Positions 11,226-23,489 of a DNA stretch of 64,000 bases are shown in pieces. Position numbers and translations under genes: made by a program. The notes under the pieces were generated by a model. It made no database searches. It was not told where the DNA came from and saw only the letters and a program-made list of their open reading frames with translations. Numbering within the stretch: position 1 is the first letter of the stretch; the number at the start of each line of letters is the position of its first letter. This DNA is from Chrysomallon squamiferum (Eukaryota; Animalia; Mollusca): positions 30,938,001 through 31,002,000 of the forward strand of contig CM022672.1 in assembly GCA_012295275.1 (NCBI GenBank), given 5' to 3'.

Positions 11226-14200
11226 AGAACTATGTGAAGAAACACCCTGAGTCAGCATTCAATATACAGCTGGTGATCTGTCAGATCTATCTCAGTAATG
11301 GGAGTGTTTATCAGGCTTGTGATGCCCTCAAGGTGCTCGGAGATCTCAGTTACAAACCAGGAATAGTAAGTAAAAACTGCGTGTCACATCAAACCAGGAA
11401 TAGTAAGTAAGAACTATGTGTCACATCAAACCAGGAATAGTAAGTAAGAACTGAATGTCACATCAAACCAGGAATAGTAAGTAAGAACTGAATGTCACAT
11501 CAAACCAGGAATAGTAATTAAGGACACTTCTTTACTCATCACTTAACCAAGAATGTTCACTGCTATACCACTGATGATTCTTCAACAAACTTTCCTCAAT
11601 TTTTTTAAACCGTATTCTTCTCTGCCCTCTGGGTCTTGGAAAACTCCACATCATCCATTCTGTGGTTTTTATAAAACCACATTCATACACACTCAAAAAT
11701 ACATTTTTATAAAACCACATGCATACACACACAAAAATACGTTTTTATAAAAACACATTCATACACACACGAAAATATGTTTTATTTTTTTTTTTTTTTA
11801 ATATTCTTTATATATTAAAAAAAAATTCCAGTTCTTGATGATAAAATGACCATAAAAAAAAAGTAGAATTATGAAGAACTAAGAAAACATGAACTTCAAG
11901 ATAAAATGAAAGGTTGTTTAATTTTTGATACTGAATATCATTCTGTTTCCAATATCAGTAAAATCTTTAAGAGAAAATAAACAAGTTTATGTGATTACTG
12001 AATATTGTTCTTTTGGCAGTATTAGTAATACAACTCAAACTATACAAAAAAAAATTAACAAGTTTCTATATTTACAGATACAGAATATTTTTCAACTGCC
12101 AGTATTAACACAAACCTTAACTTCCTTTAGATAAAACACACACACTAAATAGCTTTTACTATTTTCAGTGTCATTAAAAACACAAATTGGTTATTTGTTA
12201 TAAAAACTCTTTGAATGTTGTTTGTTTTCAGGTTTCTGCTCTGGTAACTCTGTATCTAAGTCAAGAAGACAAACAAGCAGCATCAGATATTCTAGTCAAA
12301 GCTGTAGAGTGGTGTAAGAAACACAAAGTATGTTTATTTTAATAACATCTGTGAGAAAATTAACCTATATCTTGATTTACAGAAATGAAAATTGTGTTTA
12401 AATAAAATCATAAAATTACCTGTTCATATGGTGTTGAGTAAGTTCTCTGTTAGAGCAGTTGTCAAATTTACCTCACTTTTGTATTAGGAGAGCTCTCCTT
12501 TAAAGAATAGAAATTACTTAAATGTCACCTGTTTATGACAGATTGAAATCTAGAGGTGTTCAGCTCTGGTAATGGATTGGGGTAACTACCTTCCATTCAC
12601 CTTTTCTTTAATTACTTGTGTAGTCCAGCTAGACTTAATTTACAACTAATACAGTGAAGTTAGCTTTTTTGTTATTTAGAGAAGTGCATTATAAAAACAT
12701 TTATTACTTTTTGGAACCTGAAATGAGTCAGTATTACTGATTTTTTTAGTTCCAGACATGTTTTGTTTGTGTGTTTTTGGCTTTTGTTTATGTTTACTGA
12801 CTTTGGCAAGCATTACATTTAAATTGTATAAACAGTGGTTCATTTTATATTAATTATATTGTTTTAATTAAATCTAAGGACACATTACAACAATTCCTGT
12901 GAATTTTGTCAACACTGGCCAAGTTCCTGAGAATTAATTATCCTAATTCAGCACAAATATAACTAAAAAGGACTTTATTATAATCAAATAGTAATAATTA
13001 AAAAAAAAAAAATAATGATACTACATATATGCCAGTTTTGTTACTATATTTTAAAGTCAAGATTTCAAGTTTTATATATTTATATATATATATATATGTT
13101 TTTAATCACATGCTTTGAAAACAAGATTTATGTGGTTTTTATTTTTTTAACAGCCAAATTCTAGTGAACTTCTCACATTAACAAAAGCAAATGCAAATTT
13201 CCAAGTGAAGAACGGAAACCTGGAATTAGCAGCAAAGATGTTAGAGGACATCAGAAAGTAAGTAGGAAGACATTTGTGTTTTTGTATCCTCAGAGTGATA
13301 TTCATACAGTCTCAAAAATTAAAGTCAGGAAGGACTAATATATTGAAATTTTTAAATAGTATTTATGAATAAATTTCTTCTGTCAATCTTACATTGTAAA
13401 ATATAATAGCAATAATGCTGTGTTTGTGTGTTTGTGTGTGTGTGTCTGTTTATTTGTTCAGTCTTGTCTACATTTTCTTCTGTCAATTTCAATCTTTGAA
13501 TTAATAGATCATTACTGAAGTATTAAGATCTTGTTGTGTGTTACTGTGTTTATGTTTGTTTGTGTGTCTGTGTGCTTGTATCTCTATATATGTCTTTGCA
13601 CATGTATTTTATTCTGTTTCTGTGTTTGTATCTGTGTCTGTGTCTGTAGGCATGTTTGTCTATATTACACTGAATGTTTAAGAATGTGTGGTGAATATAT
13701 ACATAGCCTAATGGTTTATAAATATAAATTATGTTTTATTTTATTCCAGATCAAATCCGAACGACCCTCGAGTTCTTGCCCAGCTGATTTCTGCTTACTC
13801 CCAGTTCAACCAAGCAAAGGCTCAACAGTATCCATTTAGTCTGACACACACACACAACCACTGAGCAATATTTTTACAAGTTTTAGTACTTCATTGTAAA
13901 AGAGAAAATAACTTACTTTATTGAAGAATAGTGCAGATCAATTATTTCTGAATTAAAACTCAGAATTTTGACATGACCGCATAGTCAAATCATTCTGAGG
14001 CAGACTGTTTAATAACCCCCCCAAAAAATGTTTATTAATTAATGTTTCCATACTTTATTTTGTATTTTAAACAAGTAACTTTATAGCAGAACAGTGTAGA
14101 CTAATTGTTTCAGAATTAAAAACTCAAAGATTTTGATATCATCGGCATAATATTTGGACTGTGAGTGAATTTTATTTTGATATACCATATTGTAAATCAA

Positions 14201-15657
14201 AATAAAGATTGAAGATTATGATTCCTATTTTCAAGATTTGGATATCATCACATAGTATTAGGACTTCTGGATTTTTCTTGTAAAGTCTTGAAATAATAAC
14301 AGAGTAAATTTAAGCAAAGATAGAACATGATTCAGTATTTTATTTTATTTTATTTTGAATGTGATTGCCTCCCTTAGCTCTTGTTCAGAATCAGCAAAGA
14401 TCTGCCCCCGGTGGCTGAAATTGCTAAGGGCATCGATGTCGACGCCCTTGAGTCCTCATTCAGTACCCTGGGGCCCAAGTACATGAAAAAAACTCAGAAA
14501 GCTGAGGCATCTCCGTGAGTTTTAAATCAGAATTTTTATTTTTAACATTGAAATGGGAAACTGAGTTAAATGAAAATGTCTAGTAAATGACTGAATCAAA
14601 TCAGCTTTAAACACTTGTTATGTGTTAATTATTTATTAATATATAAATAATTATTTAAAATCAGAGCTGTTTTTATTTTATTTTATTTTATGTCAAAAAA
14701 TGTGAAAAACCCCCAGTTTTAAGCACTTAAAACATAATTTCTGTAATTTATTTAACAATGGCAAATTCTCTGTGACATTCTTCTGCTGTAAGTATAAGGT
14801 TAGTATCATATCTCAAAAACTCTGTTGAAAAAATAAATATATGAATTAGTCGTTTGAGATCATTTAAATTATTTTTACTTGTTTGTGTTACAGATCTGTG
14901 GACATTCTTATCAAAAAGAAGAAAAGAAAGAAGAAAAAAGGTATAACATTATTGTGACAGTGTATTCAAAACAACCATAACACAAACAATCAGATTAACA
15001 AACAAAAATATATATATATACATCCACATACATACATACATACATATACAGATATAGATATATACATACATATATTCTTGTCTGTCTAGTTAATATATTT
15101 TTTCAAATCCAGTTTTCAAGACTGTTATATATTATCACTTTTTCTTAGTAAAGCCAGATGATTTCTTTCATAAATATACCCAGAATAATTTGTAGAAATA
15201 ATTTATCAGTTAACACTTAGAGTTTTCAAAGGGTTGTAGATTTTATAAGAATAAATGGCTGGTTTTGCTGTTGTCATTTATAGAAAAACTCACCATACTA
15301 TGTTTTTGATGTTACCAAATTGGTGTACCCAGCTGTTATTATGGTTTTGTAAGATTATTGGAAATATGTTTGTTGTTTATTTATCTATCATATACACACA
15401 TATACACACATCCTATGAATATAAAGCATACATTTTTCTCTGAAGTATCCTCGTATGATTTATATTTCTAAATGTTTTGTTCAAAATGCATTCATTACTC
15501 ATCTTTCATAATTATAAGCAGATATACATACATACAAAGACACGCAAAGAAACCATCAGTTAAAAATCCTAAATAAATAAGCATGTTTTTCTCTCTCAGT
15601 ACATGTCTATTATTTATATTTTTAAATGTTTTTGTTGGATATATATTTACTTACATA

Positions 15658-15693
<36 letters not shown>

Positions 15694-18468
15694 CACAAAC
15701 GAAAACCATCAATTGAAAACCCTTAATATTTATATTTTTTAAGTTTTTGTTGGAATATGTTTACTTTCATACACACTTATATTAAAAATAAAAAATAAAA
15801 CACCAATTAAAAACCCTACTTTTTTTCACTCATCTTTCACAGAAGTGCACATACACACACATATATAAAAAAAAAAAAAAAAAAAAGCCCTCATTAATTA
15901 AAAAGTCTAAATAAATAAGCATGTTTTTTTTCTCTCAGAAACCTTGTATGATTTACATTTTTAAAGTTTTTTGTTGGAGAAATGTTTATTTTTTCATCTT
16001 TCACACATGCAGCATATTAAAAAAATCCAACATAACCACACTGTTCTCTCTCTCAGTACTGATTTATCTTTTTGAAGTAAATTTTCACAGTATAATTAAT
16101 GTCTTAAATGATTTTGTTAGGAAAACTTCCAAAGAACACAGAAACAGGAGGCGACGTTGACCCAGAAAGATGGCTTCCTCGCCGAGAGAGATCTTACTTC
16201 CGCGGCAAGAGGAAAGACAAGCGCAAAGACATTGGTACGATCTGTTTGTTCAGCCTCAGTTCTGTTTTTCATTTCAGTAACTGCCGGGCTTTTTAACTTT
16301 ACGTTTTCCTCTCAAAATGTCGAAATTGTGTGTCAGTGTTTATTTTTGGCAGACTGTTTTTATTTTATTAATAAGCCTGAGAGTTTAGATTCATTTCCAG
16401 TAGTGTTATTTCTTTTTTGAAATAATTTGTTTTCTTGGGAATATTTGATTTAGATGGTAGAGAGAGATCGTGAGAATATATGAAACAATTTGCAGGATAT
16501 CTTTTAAATTTGTAAATTTTGATGAAATATGTAACAAAGTTTATAATTTGTTTTTATTAATGTTAAGGACAACATAGGTTTAATGATTTCCAATAAAAAT
16601 AGTGATTGTCTTTTAAATAATTTCATGGATGGCAGGCATAATAAAGATATCGTGAGAAAATATAAAATAATTCTCAGATATTCTTTGAATGGTGTAATCT
16701 GTTTTTAATTTATGTAATAAAAATATACAGAGGTTTAATTATTTCCAGTAAAGGTGTTTATTCTGTTATAAATAATTTTGTTTCTCGTCAGTGTTTGATG
16801 ATATTGTAGAAATATGAGAATATATAAAACAACTGTCATGTTATTTTATACATAATGTAGTTTGTTGTGATAACTAGGTATAACTAGTTTTTATAATTCA
16901 GGTTATTTTATAAATATTGTATTTTGTTTTAATAATGAGGTATAACTTTTTTTTATAATTCAGTTTATTTTATAAACAAAGTTTGTTGTGATAACTAGGT
17001 ATAACTAGTTTTTATAATTCAGGTTATTTTATAAACAATGTAGTTTGTTGTGATAACTAGGTATAAATAGTTTTTACAATTCAGGTTATTTTATACATAA
17101 TGTAGTTTGTTGTGATAACTAGGTGTAACTAGTTTTTATAATTCAGGTTATTTTACAAACAATGTTTGTTGTTACTAGGTATAAACAATGATTACTATGT
17201 ATAACTTGTTTTTATAATTCAGGTTATTTTATAAACAATGTAGTTTGTGATAACTAGGTATATGTTTTTTTATAATTCAGGTTATTTTATAAACAATGTT
17301 TCTTGTAATAACTAGGTTTATTTTTTTTGTAATTCAGATTATTTTATAAACAATGTTTGTTGTAATAACTAGGTTTATTTTTTTTTACAATTCAGGTTAT
17401 TTTATAAACAATGTTGTGATTACTAGGTATAACTTGTTTTTGTTGTAATTCAGGTAAAGGAACACAAGGTGCTACACCATCAACAGGAGAAGGGTAAGTA
17501 ATTTTTGATTGACTAATTCAGACTTAAATTAATTTTCAAATATTTAAAATTAAAATATATAAAATTTACAACAGAAAGAATGATAGGTTTTTAAAAATGC
17601 TTTAATGTTAGGTCTGGACAGAAGGATAAGCCATTTTTAACTGACTGACTCAGTTGTAGAATAGTTTTCAAGAATTAAAACTGAAATGTTGACAGAATTT
17701 TCAAAATGCCTTACTTTAACTACTGGACAGAATGGTAAGCCATTTTTAATTGCTAACTCAATCATACGGTTATTTTCTAATACTTAAAAGTAAAATATAA
17801 AAAACATTATAACTGCAAGATTGATCAGGTTTTAAAAATGTCTTACAGTAAGGACTTGAGATGATTTATTACCTCCTACTGTTTCACATAACAGACATTT
17901 TTATTACATTCATGAACCAAGATTATTGTCATTTATATAAAAATATAAAACTGACAGTAGAGAGTTTATAAAAAAAGATTAAAATTTGGAAATTTCGTTA
18001 CCACAGTTTCTGTAAAAAAAATCAAAAAAATCTCTTTACCAATATTTATTTATTTATTTAATATTTATTTATAGAAAATATAATACTAACAGTAGATAGT
18101 TTATAAAGAAAAATTTAAATTTAGAAATTTCATTACTACAATTTCTGTAAAAAAAAAAGATATAAATCTTGTTACCAATATTTATTTATTTTCTCACCAA
18201 CATTTACAATGAACATCATTTTATTATTTTGAAATTCTTAACATCCTTTCTTTATTATTATTATTTTTTTATTTTTTTAACCAAACTGTTTTAAAATTTC
18301 AGGGATGCTCCTGGCCCCAGGTCTCCTGCTACCAGTGACCCCAGTTCGCCCCGCCCAGGCTCCGGGGGGTCGAATAACACATCAAGTGCAAGCTCAAGAC
18401 AAGGACCTCGACAACAGAGACCAGCCCAGGCCAACAAGAAGAAGAAGAAGAAAGGAGGAAAGTGGTAG
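3793..18468 (+). CDS. SRP72: Signal recognition particle subunit SRP72, complete, 20 coding exons, about 657-663 aa
   Basis: Exons: 3793-3898, 4871-4988, 5873-5993, 6731-6796, 7038-7115, 7649-7760, 8328 (or 8310)-8391, 8708-8788, 9114-9171, 9504-9635, 10291-10419, 11228-11365, 12232-12327, 13154-13257, 13750-13827, 14389-14514, 14894-14940, 16121-16234, 17454-17493, 18303-18468. All introns are GT-AG with consistent phases. SRP72 motifs present: [90 protein letters not shown] and C-terminal [10 protein letters not shown]. Confidence 0.97.
10402..10930 (+). repeat. Degenerate tandem repeat (about 70-110 bp, about 6 copies) starting in the SRP72 exon 11 tail
   Basis: Recurring AGTATAGAAACTTTAGA ... 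TTTATAAATCTT ... TGAATTCATCA ... TGTTCTGTT. Confidence 0.75.
11353..11520 (+). repeat. 37-bp tandem repeat, 4.5 copies, straddling the SRP72 exon 12 donor
   Basis: CAAACCAGGAATA|GTAAGTAAGAACTGAATGTCACAT units start at 11353, 11390, 11427, 11464 and 11501. Confidence 0.95.
13828..14388 (+). other. U12-type (minor spliceosome) GT-AG intron in SRP72 (intron 15)
   Basis: 5' site GTATCCATTT (consensus RTATCCTTT). Branch-like TCCCTTAGC at 14370-14378, with the A 12 nt from the 3' end. Little polypyrimidine tract. The frame joins KAQQ|ISKDLPP correctly. Confidence 0.8.
15440..16070 (+). repeat. Degenerate intronic tandem repeat (3-4 copies)
   Basis: Recurring TTTTTGTTGGA, CATCTTTCAC and CTAAATAAATAAGCATGTTTTT..CTCTCAG blocks. 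Confidence 0.65.
16121..16234 (+). CDS. SRP72: SRP72 exon 18, RNA-binding domain ([38 protein letters not shown])
   Basis: Hallmark SRP72 SRP-RNA-binding motif DPERWLP; acceptor TTAG at 16120, donor G|GTACGA. Confidence 0.97.
16840..17453 (+). repeat. About 62-bp tandem repeat, about 10 copies, ending at the SRP72 exon 19 acceptor
   Basis: Unit TAGTTTGTTGTGATAACTAGGTATAACTAGTTTTTATAATTCAGGTTATTTTATAAACAATG; period 62 (16981 to 17043). Confidence 0.93.
17935..18192 (+). repeat. Direct duplication of about 133 bp in SRP72 intron 19
   Basis: AAAATATAA.ACT.ACAGTAGA.AGTTTATAAA ... TTTCTGTAAAAAAAA ... TTACCAATATTTATTTATTT occurs twice. Confidence 0.8.
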
Positions 18469-18556
18469 AAGATATACCTCACAAATAAAAACAAATAAAA
18501 CCAAAAACTTCAACATTTAAATATATATGTTCATTACTGATATATGTAATTTTTTA

Positions 18557-18593
<37 letters not shown>

Positions 18594-18741
18594 CTAAAAA
18601 TTCATTTCAGTAATGAATGTTGATTCAGACAAATTGTGAACAGAAATGTCTAAGACTAGTTTTTCTTTTACTAATGAATTGTTTTTTTTAACTGTTGTAT
18701 GTCTGGAAAACAATTTTTCTCAGTGTTTCAACTGACATCTT

Positions 18742-18870
18742 ATTAAAGGTGAGAAGTGAATTGTTTGTTTGTGTTGTTTTTTCTGTATAATCGTGTCTTA
18801 TTATACTTTCTGTTTGTTTGTGTTGTTTTTTTCTGTATAATCATGTCTTATTATACTTTCTGTTTGTTTG
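18742..18870 (+). terminator. Candidate SRP72 poly(A) signal with duplicated GU-rich downstream element
   Basis: ATTAAA at 18742-18747, then about 2.2 copies of a 49-50 bp unit TGTTTGTTTGTGTTGTTTTTTCTGTATAATC.TGTCTTATTATACTTTC. Proximal AATAAA hexamers near 18485 are an alternative. Confidence 0.45.
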
Positions 18871-20409
18871 TTGCTTTTTTCTTTTTTTAAGAAAGCCAGA
18901 CATTTTTTGAAAGGAAAAACAGCATTAATGTGAATCATTTTCAGAAGTTGTAACAATTACTAGATTTTTTTTTTTTTTTCCTGCAAGTACAAAAAGTACA
19001 AATGAAATGAAAATAGCTAATCTGTTTTTTTGATGGTCAATTTTTGTAGACGTTTTGTAGAATTTTTGTTAAAATAATTGATGACTTCAAATAGAAATAA
19101 ATCATAACTGATAATGAAATAATACTTAACCGTTATTAATAAGGCTGATTTCATTTTCTGAATAAAGACATAATAAATAGAAGACTTAAAAATAATAAAA
19201 ATATAATTCATTTTCCCCTTTACCTCTATAGAGAATCATATTAATCAAATCTGGTGATGGTATAAAACGCTAGATAATCTATTTCTAAAAGGTGACACTA
19301 ATTCTATTTTCACTGGATAACCTGAGTTCACTTGTTAAGTATTTGCATTTAAATTCCTGAATATCATGTTTGTCTGCAAACACACAAACGCCAACAATCC
19401 GGGTTCACCAAAGCCGTTTATGTACATAGGTAAATTTACTTCATATACAAACAAGCAGTAAATCTACATATTCAATGCAGGCTACAAAAATTTAAAATAT
19501 TTTTTGCTTCTATTTGGTGTATTAAATGAAAATCCATTATATGCTGTCGTCATATATCTTGTGTTTGATTATCTTCTCTTCTTACAGTTTATTAAAATTA
19601 AAATTGAAAGCTTGATCGAATTTAAAAAAAAATCCTTTACGCTAAGGAGCAGACGTGAATTGGTCATCACCTGCTGTTTGTACAATATGCACTTTCATTA
19701 CGTCACTGAAAAGTGTAAGACCGATGTATGGTGGGTGTCTCGCAATCAAGAAAGTAGTGATGTCGCGACTACGTTTTCAAGGCCATTACATGAAATCTGT
19801 AAAATTCCTCTCCGGTTTTTCGTGTCAAAGTTTTCGACATCGTTACGGTCACAATTTCTACCTTGTTAAAGAATGGCTTGAGTTCGCGGGTATCATTTAC
19901 GATTTAGAAAACTAAAACGTGTGAAAATAAAATTCACACTTTTGTTTTATTGTCGAAACTACTCTTTCAAGTCTTTGTTATCTGAATAAAAACATTAATT
20001 ATTTTAATCATGTTTAATTTGTCATCAAGTGCAAGTTCCCTAGTTTGTTGATACATTTGCATCAGTGAGGTGCGGGCGAATTGTGAAATGCGAGAAACGC
20101 AGAAGTACAAATCAGATACTGATCATGCGCAGTGGTTTTGGATCAACACCTCTGGAGTCCAGTGGTCTCACTCCACACATACCAGCTGTCATTTCGTATA
20201 TCATATCAGTGAATGTACTTACGCATAGAATCGCCTCCAGTAACTTGAAGAAAAATTTGCATTTAATATAAAATAAAGCTAAGTGAAGGAATAAATAGCT
20301 GTATTTTAAAAGTAAGTAAATAAATAATAACCAAACCGCTTTATTAACTTGAAAATTAAAAACATCACACAGTCATCACCAATTTTCATTGGGTTTTTTA
20401 TTTCTTCTG

Positions 20410-20440
<31 letters not shown>

Positions 20441-20986
20441 TTCAACATTTTAATGTATCAAAACGCTCGTTCTGTGAAATCGAGAGAATTTATAATAATG
20501 AAAGTCGTTATGGCCTTTCGTTGTGAACTATCATTTGTTCACTTTGTATCACAAATGAAACGAATGAAAGTTTAACGACATCCACGCACGAACAATACAT
20601 TGTCTGTTGGATGTCAAACTATAGTAAAAGCAAAGGTTAATCATGGTTGAAAAAAAAAGAAAAAGAAAAAAAAGCAAACAAAAATTCAATATATAAATTA
20701 AAACACATTGAAAAGAACTGAAAAAATGCAGATATCGCCCATAGATAATTAAAATTGAGAATAAAAGTCAATATATGGAAATGTGTATATGTATATATTT
20801 TTATTCGTTGTTTTGAATGAGTATGAAGAAGTGTTACAAAGAAGATATTAAAACCAAAGTTTATTCAAGTTAAAAATTATAAATCTCTTTTATGAAATAT
20901 AATACAGACACACACAAATAAATAAATTCATAGTGCTGAAAATTGCCGAAGAGCTATAACGAAGATTCTGAAACTGCATATATATA

Positions 20987-21280
<294 letters not shown>

Positions 21281-21857
21281 ACAAATACACATACAAATAA
21301 ATTTCATGTTACAAAAAGTAGACATTTCTGACAAAGATACTGAAACCAAAGTCTCAAAACGAGATGGACACACGCATACCCAAACCAAAGAGGTGTTACA
21401 CGGAGATAAGCAAGAAGCAGGGGAAACACCTTAGCAAGGTGAACAGTCACAAGTTTTGTTTGCAGTGAGCGGAACGTGTGATAATATTCCTGCGACGTCT
21501 GCGAATGCCAGGAAAACGTTAAAACGCGAGTGCCGATAGGACGAGTGCAGTGCGCATGTTTTCAGATCAAATCAGGATCGCGGCTGAGTTCCTGCAATTC
21601 ACTTCGTGTTCCGCGGTTAGAACCGTTCACGCAAACATCTGACTTTGGGGGAGAAAGGTCAAAAAACACTGGTCCCGGGTCATTAATTAATTTCATTTCT
21701 TTGAAACGTAAAAGTGTAGATATCGGCAGAAATACTGAACAGCAATCGGTAATCTGTCGAAATGATGTTTCTGTTTAGCAGAAAAAACTGGCCACATTGC
21801 TAAAACATACCCTCCACCTGTACAGAAAGGCAGGTACGTGGTGATTTTCCCATCGCA

Positions 21858-22110
21858 GTATATTTATTAACTGTAAAACCTCCATGTTAAATTTAATCAT
21901 TTTAATTTATAATTAATAATTTTTTACATTTCCTAAAGTATCTTTCTTATCCTAGTATATTATTAACTGTAAAACCTCCATGTTAAATTTAATCATTTTG
22001 ATTTATAATTAATAATTTTTTACATTTCCTAACGCTAGGTATCTATATCTTTCTTATCCAAGTATATTATTAACTGTAAATCGTCATGTTAAATTAACAA
22101 TTTTAATTTT
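21858..22110 (+). repeat. About 100-bp tandem repeat, 2.5 copies
   Basis: GTATAT(T)TATTAACTGTAAAACCTCCATGTTAAATTTAATCATTTT..TTTACATTTCCTAA at about 21858, 21956 and 22062. Confidence 0.85.
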
Positions 22111-23489
22111 ACCATGTTAATAAAATTAATTATTTAAAATTTTCCAGAAGGTTGATATGTATAACTTTCCTGACGCTATATATATATCATTAATTAATTA
22201 TATAGTTAAATTAATTATTTTTGAGCGTATAAAATTTTTGACACACACACATAAATATATAGTTCTGTTTCTGAGGACATATTTTTAATGATACTATTTT
22301 TAGACTTGTTATAACGTTTAGCATTATTTGAATATTGCAAAATGTTCTAACAATATTTTCTTTAAATGCGCGCGCACACACACACACACTCACATACATA
22401 TGTACAGGCTGCAGTTACATTTTTAATTTTCACCAACAATTTAATTTATATTTTTCAGACCGTATCTATAATCAAGTCGGACAGAAAAGACTAAGGCCAT
22501 TCAAGAAGCCATGCCTGGATGGATTAGTTTGTAGTAAACATAGATAGCCTCATTCACTGCAGCTTTTGTTGCAAGTACGCTAAGAACACAGACGTAAGCG
22601 AATAAACTCGACTTCAACAGTCTCGCGCCAGGACCGTGTAATGATAAAGCAATGAAAGTTTTAGTACTGATTGTTCGGAAGAATTCGGGTGGTTTCGTAA
22701 GAGATAATGACATGGTCGGGCTACTTGTTTGCGCGCCGTAACAATTTAATGTAGGCGCAGTTTCAATGAATTACCAGTCTAGTAACAGACTGTGTAATAA
22801 CAATATTTAGTGTTCGCGCGGTTCACAGTCTAGTCGCAGACGTACTACTACACCAAACAGTTACGGACATTAAAAGGAAAGCGTCGTCACAAACGGTCAT
22901 GTGATTTATCGCGCAGATAATGAAACGATAATGTTTCCTTTGCCAGGTGTAACGTTAAACTTGACCGGACATTTTTGTTGCCCGTGTTCCCAGCGTTGTT
23001 ACATAAGTCTTGTTCTTGTATCAGTCGCGAAGCTGATGGAAACGATGTTTAAAGTTACGATAAATATTCCTTCAAAATGTCCGCACAAACACGTGTTTTG
23101 TTTACGTTTATGCAGCTGCTTAAAATCACAATAACACCATTGTATAAATATTTGTTTTCTTTTGTTTAATTAATTAATATTTTATAGATGTATCTTTACA
23201 ATGTATTTATTTATTTAATTAGTAGTAGTATAGTTTTCGTTATTATCATAAATTATTGTTGTTGTTTTATTTTTATTAATATTATAACCAAGTACATATT
23301 TTTTTTCTTCTTAATTAATTGTATGTTTAAGAAGTTAATCTAATAGACTATTATGTTATATTTTATAATTATAGATTTATAATTTTTACTTCTTTTGAGA
23401 CTTTGGTTTCAATATCTTCGTTAAAAAAGACGGCCTCACTGTAACACAGAAATTATAATAATTGTATTACTTGATACTAGGGAACGATT

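Noticed and set aside
19504-19915. Overlapping 121-aa and 86-aa ORFs downstream of SRP72
   Set aside because: Non-ATG starts, no recognisable domain and no exon structure.
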